Source: Bacteroidota bacterium
Lineage (GTDB): Bacteria > Bacteroidota > Bacteroidia > CAIKAF01
Reading direction: 5' to 3'
NCBI GenBank assembly: GCA_016866335.1
Contig: VGMT01000010.1
Location: 3,144 to 67,143, forward strand
Length of the DNA stretch: 64,000 nucleotides
Shown: positions 59,810 through 64,000 of the stretch, one piece after another
Layout of the letters: each line of letters starts with the position of its first letter
How positions within the stretch are numbered: position 1 is the first letter of the stretch
Translations under genes and position numbers: made by a program
The notes under the pieces: model-generated
What the model was told of the DNA's origin: nothing
The model's input: only the letters and a program-made list of their open reading frames with translations
Databases searched by the model: none

Positions 59810-61789
59810 ATGAAATTTGAGCGCCAAGGCATCAGCGATGCAGAACTTAGAGCTCTGTACAGAGAATTGGTTTACCCCAGACTTATTGAAGAGAAAATGT
59901 TGGTTTTACTTAGACAAGGTAAAATCAGTAAGTGGTTTTCGGGGATAGGGCAAGAGGCCATTTCGGTGGGTGCTGCCATGGCACTTCAACCAGAGGAATA
60001 CCTTTTGCCTATGCACCGCAATTTAGGCATGTTTACTGCACGGGGAGTTCCTTTCCGTCGCTTATTTTCTCAATGGCAAGGCAAAGAAAATGGGTTCACA
60101 AAAGGCCGAGACCGGTCTTTTCATTTTGGCAGCAACCCGTTCCATATCGTTGGAATGATTTCCCATTTAGGTCCTCAGTTGGGCGTGGCAGATGGGATAG
60201 CCCTCGCCAGTGTTCTTGATCGGGATAAAAAAGTAACCTTAGTGGTTACCGGAGACGGAGGCACCTCGGAAGGTGATTTTCATGAAGCCCTAAATGTGGC
60301 ATCTGTTTGGGATCTGCCTGTTCTATTTTGCATTGAATCCAATGGATATGGCCTTTCTACCCCTTCGTCTGAACAATACCGCTGCGCTCAACTATCTGAC
60401 CGGGCGCAGGGTTATGGAATGAAATCGGTTCGTATTGATGGTAATAATATTCTAGAGGTTTATTCAACCCTGCGGTCCCTGGCTGAAGAACTGCGCAAGG
60501 ATCCTAAACCCGTATTGGTTGAATGCCTAACATTTAGAATGCGTGGGCACGAGGAAGCCAGTGGAACCAAGTATGTTCCGCAAGATTTGTTTGATTTCTG
60601 GAAAGAAAAAGACCCAATTGAACAGTATGGAAATTGGCTTAACCAGCAAAAAATCATGCCTTTAAAAGAACAAGAAGATATTAGACTTGAATTAAAGGAA
60701 TCCATTGATGCTGATGTTTTAGCTGTATTTGAAGAACCAGAACTTTCTGCCGATCGAGCATTGAGTTTACAAGACGTATACGCCCCTTTTGAATTCCATT
60801 CCTACGAACCCCTAGGTTCTGAAACGAAAGCCATGCGGATGATTGACGCAGTGCGTAGCGCCCTAGAACTGGCCTTAGAAAAGCATAAGAATCTTATTTT
60901 AATGGGGCAAGACATTGGAGCATACGGCGGCGTTTTTAAAGCAACCGAAGGTTTAATCGATTCAGCCAGTCCTGAACGTGTAAGAAATACCCCCCTTTGT
61001 GAATCTGCCATTGTAAGCGCCGCATTGGGCCTTTCTATTAAAGGAAAGAAAGCCATGGTTGAAATGCAATTTGCAGATTTTGTCAGTTCAGGGTTTACTG
61101 CTGTGGTAAATAACCTAGCTAAATCTCATTGGCGCTGGGGCCAAAATGCAGATGTGGTTGTTCGAATGCCCACCGGCGCCGGAGTGGCTGCCGGTCCATT
61201 TCACAGCCAATCCAACGAAGCTTGGTTTTTCCATACCCCAGGTTTAAAAATTTATTACCCATCAAATGCCTACGACGCCAAAGGGCTCTTGTTAACGGCC
61301 TTTGAAGACCCAAACCCTGTTATGTTTTTTGAACACAAAGCTCTTTACAGGGCTCAAGAAGAACAGGTCCCCTCAGGATATTACACCATACCGGAAGGAA
61401 ATGCAAAAGTTTGCTCTCATGGCGATAAAATTAGCATTATCAGTTATGGTATGGGCGTGGTGAAAGCCCTAGATTGCATTCCTAATTTCCCTGAAAACAC
61501 CCTTGAAATTATTGACCTACGAACCTTGGTTCCACTGGATTACAATACAGTTTTCAATAGCGTGAAAAAAACAGGAAGGGCTTTGGTTTTACACGAGGCC
61601 ACAGATTTAGGAGGTATCGGAGCCGATTTGGCCGCCAAAATCCAAGAGTCTTGCTTTAAATGGCTTGACGCCCCCGTTAAACGACTCTCGGCCGATGATA
61701 CTCCCGTTCCCTTTGCTCCAAACCTTGAACATTCCTTTTTACCTTGGCATCGGCTTCAAAATACCATTCAGGAACTTTTGAGCTGGTAA
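59810..61789 (+). CDS. 2-oxoacid dehydrogenase E1, fused alpha/beta (branched-chain type)
   Basis: TPP motif GDGGTSEG..N; RMRGHEEA; NTPLCE; EMQFADF; GPFHSQ. Confidence 0.92.
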   Translation: MKFERQGISDAELRALYRELVYPRLIEEKMLVLLRQGKISKWFSGIGQEAISVGAAMALQPEEYLLPMHRNLGMFTARGVPFRRLFSQWQGKENGFTKGRDRSFHFGSNPFHIVGMISHLGPQLGVADGIALASVLDRDKKVTLVVTGDGGTSEGDFHEALNVASVWDLPVLFCIESNGYGLSTPSSEQYRCAQLSDRAQGYGMKSVRIDGNNILEVYSTLRSLAEELRKDPKPVLVECLTFRMRGHEEASGTKYVPQDLFDFWKEKDPIEQYGNWLNQQKIMPLKEQEDIRLELKESIDADVLAVFEEPELSADRALSLQDVYAPFEFHSYEPLGSETKAMRMIDAVRSALELALEKHKNLILMGQDIGAYGGVFKATEGLIDSASPERVRNTPLCESAIVSAALGLSIKGKKAMVEMQFADFVSSGFTAVVNNLAKSHWRWGQNADVVVRMPTGAGVAAGPFHSQSNEAWFFHTPGLKIYYPSNAYDAKGLLLTAFEDPNPVMFFEHKALYRAQEEQVPSGYYTIPEGNAKVCSHGDKISIISYGMGVVKALDCIPNFPENTLEIIDLRTLVPLDYNTVFNSVKKTGRALVLHEATDLGGIGADLAAKIQESCFKWLDAPVKRLSADDTPVPFAPNLEHSFLPWHRLQNTIQELLSW

Positions 61790-61810
61790 TTAAAGTTGTA
61801 CCTTTGCCTC

Positions 61811-62827
61811 ATGAAGCCTTTTCGTTTTTATTTTCTACCCTTCCTAATCGGTTTTGTGGCTCTTTCATGCAACGACAATGAGGTAGACTTAACTTCAGAC
61901 TTTAAAGACATTCCTGTTGTTTATGCTCTTCTCGATGCCAGCGAAGACTCCAACTGGGTTCGTGTCAATAAAGCTTTTTTAGGCGACGGAAATGCCCTTG
62001 TTTTTGCCCAAATTGCAGACTCCCTGAATTATCCTAACCTTCAGGTGGCCTTATTGAAAATAAATAAATCTTCCAATACCGTGGTTGATTCTCTGCCTTT
62101 GGTTAAAACAATCAATGCCATTCCAAAAGACAGTGGACTTTTTGCCAGCAATTCCAATGTTTTATATCTAACAACCAGCCCTATTGACAAAAATTACCTT
62201 TATAAATTGGTTCTTTTTAATCCCGACAATCAAAAGCGAACCGAAGCTACAACCAGCATTGCTGGTTCTACCATTTTCAATTATCCCAATTCTCCTTTGG
62301 TCGCCTTAAATTGGGAACCCAACACAAACAATAAGGTGGTTACTTTTCAGTGGACCTGCAACTCATCGTCCAACATTCAAGCTTATCAGTTCGAACTCAC
62401 GTTCATATACGATGAATTTCTGCAGTCAAATCCCAACACAAGGGTGCGAAAGTCCTTTACTAATCGGTATGCTATAATACCCAACACCGATTGCCAACAA
62501 AATCTTATTCGTCTTCCCATTACCAAACAAGAATTTTACAGCAGTATTGCCAACAACTTACCCCTAGACCAAACCAAAGGAAGAGAATTTATTCAAATTG
62601 ACATTTCGGTTTATGGGGCTGCCAAAGAATTTTACGATTTTCTGGTCATCAATAAGCCAAGCACCAGTGTGGTACCCCGCGCCACGGATTACACGAACAT
62701 TCCTGGGGGTAAAGGTATTTTTTCATCGCGTTCGCAGCTGCACATGACTGGGCTTAAATTGAATTCCATTACCATTGATTCGCTAAGAGGGGGGCAATAT
62801 ACCTCCGAATTGAATTTTGTTAATTAA
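61811..62827 (+). CDS. Hypothetical lipoprotein (DUF4249-like)
   Basis: Lipobox ALSC; PVVYALLD; YTNI.GGKGIFSSR. Confidence 0.7.
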   Translation: MKPFRFYFLPFLIGFVALSCNDNEVDLTSDFKDIPVVYALLDASEDSNWVRVNKAFLGDGNALVFAQIADSLNYPNLQVALLKINKSSNTVVDSLPLVKTINAIPKDSGLFASNSNVLYLTTSPIDKNYLYKLVLFNPDNQKRTEATTSIAGSTIFNYPNSPLVALNWEPNTNNKVVTFQWTCNSSSNIQAYQFELTFIYDEFLQSNPNTRVRKSFTNRYAIIPNTDCQQNLIRLPITKQEFYSSIANNLPLDQTKGREFIQIDISVYGAAKEFYDFLVINKPSTSVVPRATDYTNIPGGKGIFSSRSQLHMTGLKLNSITIDSLRGGQYTSELNFVN

Positions 62828-62919
62828 TGCCGCTGTGTAAAAAATTGAACCGCAGCCTTTCGTTTTATGGGCAAATACCTTTGCTTATCATCAAGGTGAA
62901 ATGGTGCAATAAAAACCAT

Positions 62920-63507
62920 TTACTCAGAAAACCACTCCACTTTTGTCATCCAAAATTGGCGACGGCCTTCCGGCCATTCGCCCTCAGGATAACCCGGGTA
63001 CAATACACCTAAAACTCGATCTGGTAGGGCAATTCCCATTTCTTCTGCAAATTGAGGATCGTAAACGGCTGAACCGCTCGACCAAAATAAAGACATCCCG
63101 TAACTGGTAGCAATTAAACTCATGTTTTGAACAGCACAACCTACGGCCAACACCTCTTCAATCTCAGGTATCTTTTCTGAGGCCTGCCGCTTCATATACA
63201 CCACTATTCCAGCCGACGCACATAAATATCGATTTCTGATTCTATCGTATTTGGACTGTAAAAAAGATTCTTCTTTGGCGGTTCTAAGATATGCTTCGGC
63301 CAATTTAACTTGCAAAAATTCCAATCCAGATTCGGTATAAACCTTAAACCTCCATGGTTCGGTTTGGCCATGAGTTGGAGCCCAATTTGCCCCTTCAATG
63401 AGTGCTTCAATTTGGTCGCGATGAACCTTTCTAGGCTTAAACTGCTCTGGGCGAACACTTCGTCGCTCTCGGATTACGTTTTGAACATCGGTTAAATTAA
63501 ACTTCAT
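62920..63507 (-). CDS. Nitroreductase-family protein
   Basis: IRERRSVR; WAPTHGQTEPWRF; AVQNM. Confidence 0.9.
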   Translation of the reverse strand: MKFNLTDVQNVIRERRSVRPEQFKPRKVHRDQIEALIEGANWAPTHGQTEPWRFKVYTESGLEFLQVKLAEAYLRTAKEESFLQSKYDRIRNRYLCASAGIVVYMKRQASEKIPEIEEVLAVGCAVQNMSLIATSYGMSLFWSSGSAVYDPQFAEEMGIALPDRVLGVLYPGYPEGEWPEGRRQFWMTKVEWFSE

Positions 63508-64000
63508 GGTTTGTTGGTATTTTTAAAAACATCGTTCAACCAAGATTGCAACTCTGCCCTATTGCTTACCAATGCACGTTTTCGAGCTGCATCGTACGAT
63601 AAATCGGCTCCTTTTAAACGATCCAATTGACTGCTAAATACCGTTTTATTGTCAGAAGTCCGAATGGCATTCAATTGCAAATCGGCATAGCTTATAAAAA
63701 TCCCTCCTTGAGCTTGCCCCTTCGAAGAGGTACTTTCAACGGTTAAAATCAAATCTGGGGCGGTGCTGTTGGATTCCGCCAAAGGGTATCCCTGATCCTG
63801 AAGCCATGTTTTAATGGTGGTTTCTAAAGCAGGATACGAAGATGAGAATTCAGGATTCGTTTCACGAACGTTCAACCGTATGATTGGCTTAAAGAACGCC
63901 ACAGAAACACCGACCGAACGAGTAAATGAACGAAACATAGATTTTACATAACCTGGCATCAATGAATCGGGAAACCAAGAAGCGGGCTCAATTAAAACGG
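63504..64000 (-). CDS. Hypothetical protein, 5' end outside the window
   Basis: Frame open to the window edge; ATGA overlap with the nitroreductase start. Confidence 0.55.
   Translation of the reverse strand, partial: VLIEPASWFPDSLMPGYVKSMFRSFTRSVGVSVAFFKPIIRLNVRETNPEFSSSYPALETTIKTWLQDQGYPLAESNSTAPDLILTVESTSSKGQAQGGIFISYADLQLNAIRTSDNKTVFSSQLDRLKGADLSYDAARKRALVSNRAELQSWLNDVFKNTNKP

Overview
A 64-kb window from a Bacteroidota chromosome, judged from T9SS-type C-termini, TAnnTTTG promoters, TamL, BshA and DUF3276. It is mostly housekeeping: yajC, nusB, dnaE, pyrE, asd, queA, recG, mnmE, trmD, a Tro/Mnt metal ABC operon with its DtxR-family regulator, a fused E1 dehydrogenase and four tRNAs. There are two small accessory pockets. 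The first follows tRNA-Ser(TGA) and holds a serine resolvase and a broken PKD gene. The second lies between mnmE and a tRNA cluster and holds an XRE antitoxin-like gene with an apparently deleted hipA, plus an SprB-repeat/FGE-sulfatase gene. That last gene is the most striking signal: its 3' end has the codon signature of a diversity-generating retroelement variable region, no TR or RT is visible in the window, and it is frameshifted at a G9 tract. Six dispersed ~140-nt GC-rich, covarying hairpin elements (extended Flavo-1-like) sit in intergenic spaces. An AT-rich AAA-ATPase gene is bracketed by inverted GTAG-type REPs. All family calls come from motif recognition by eye, not from database searches.
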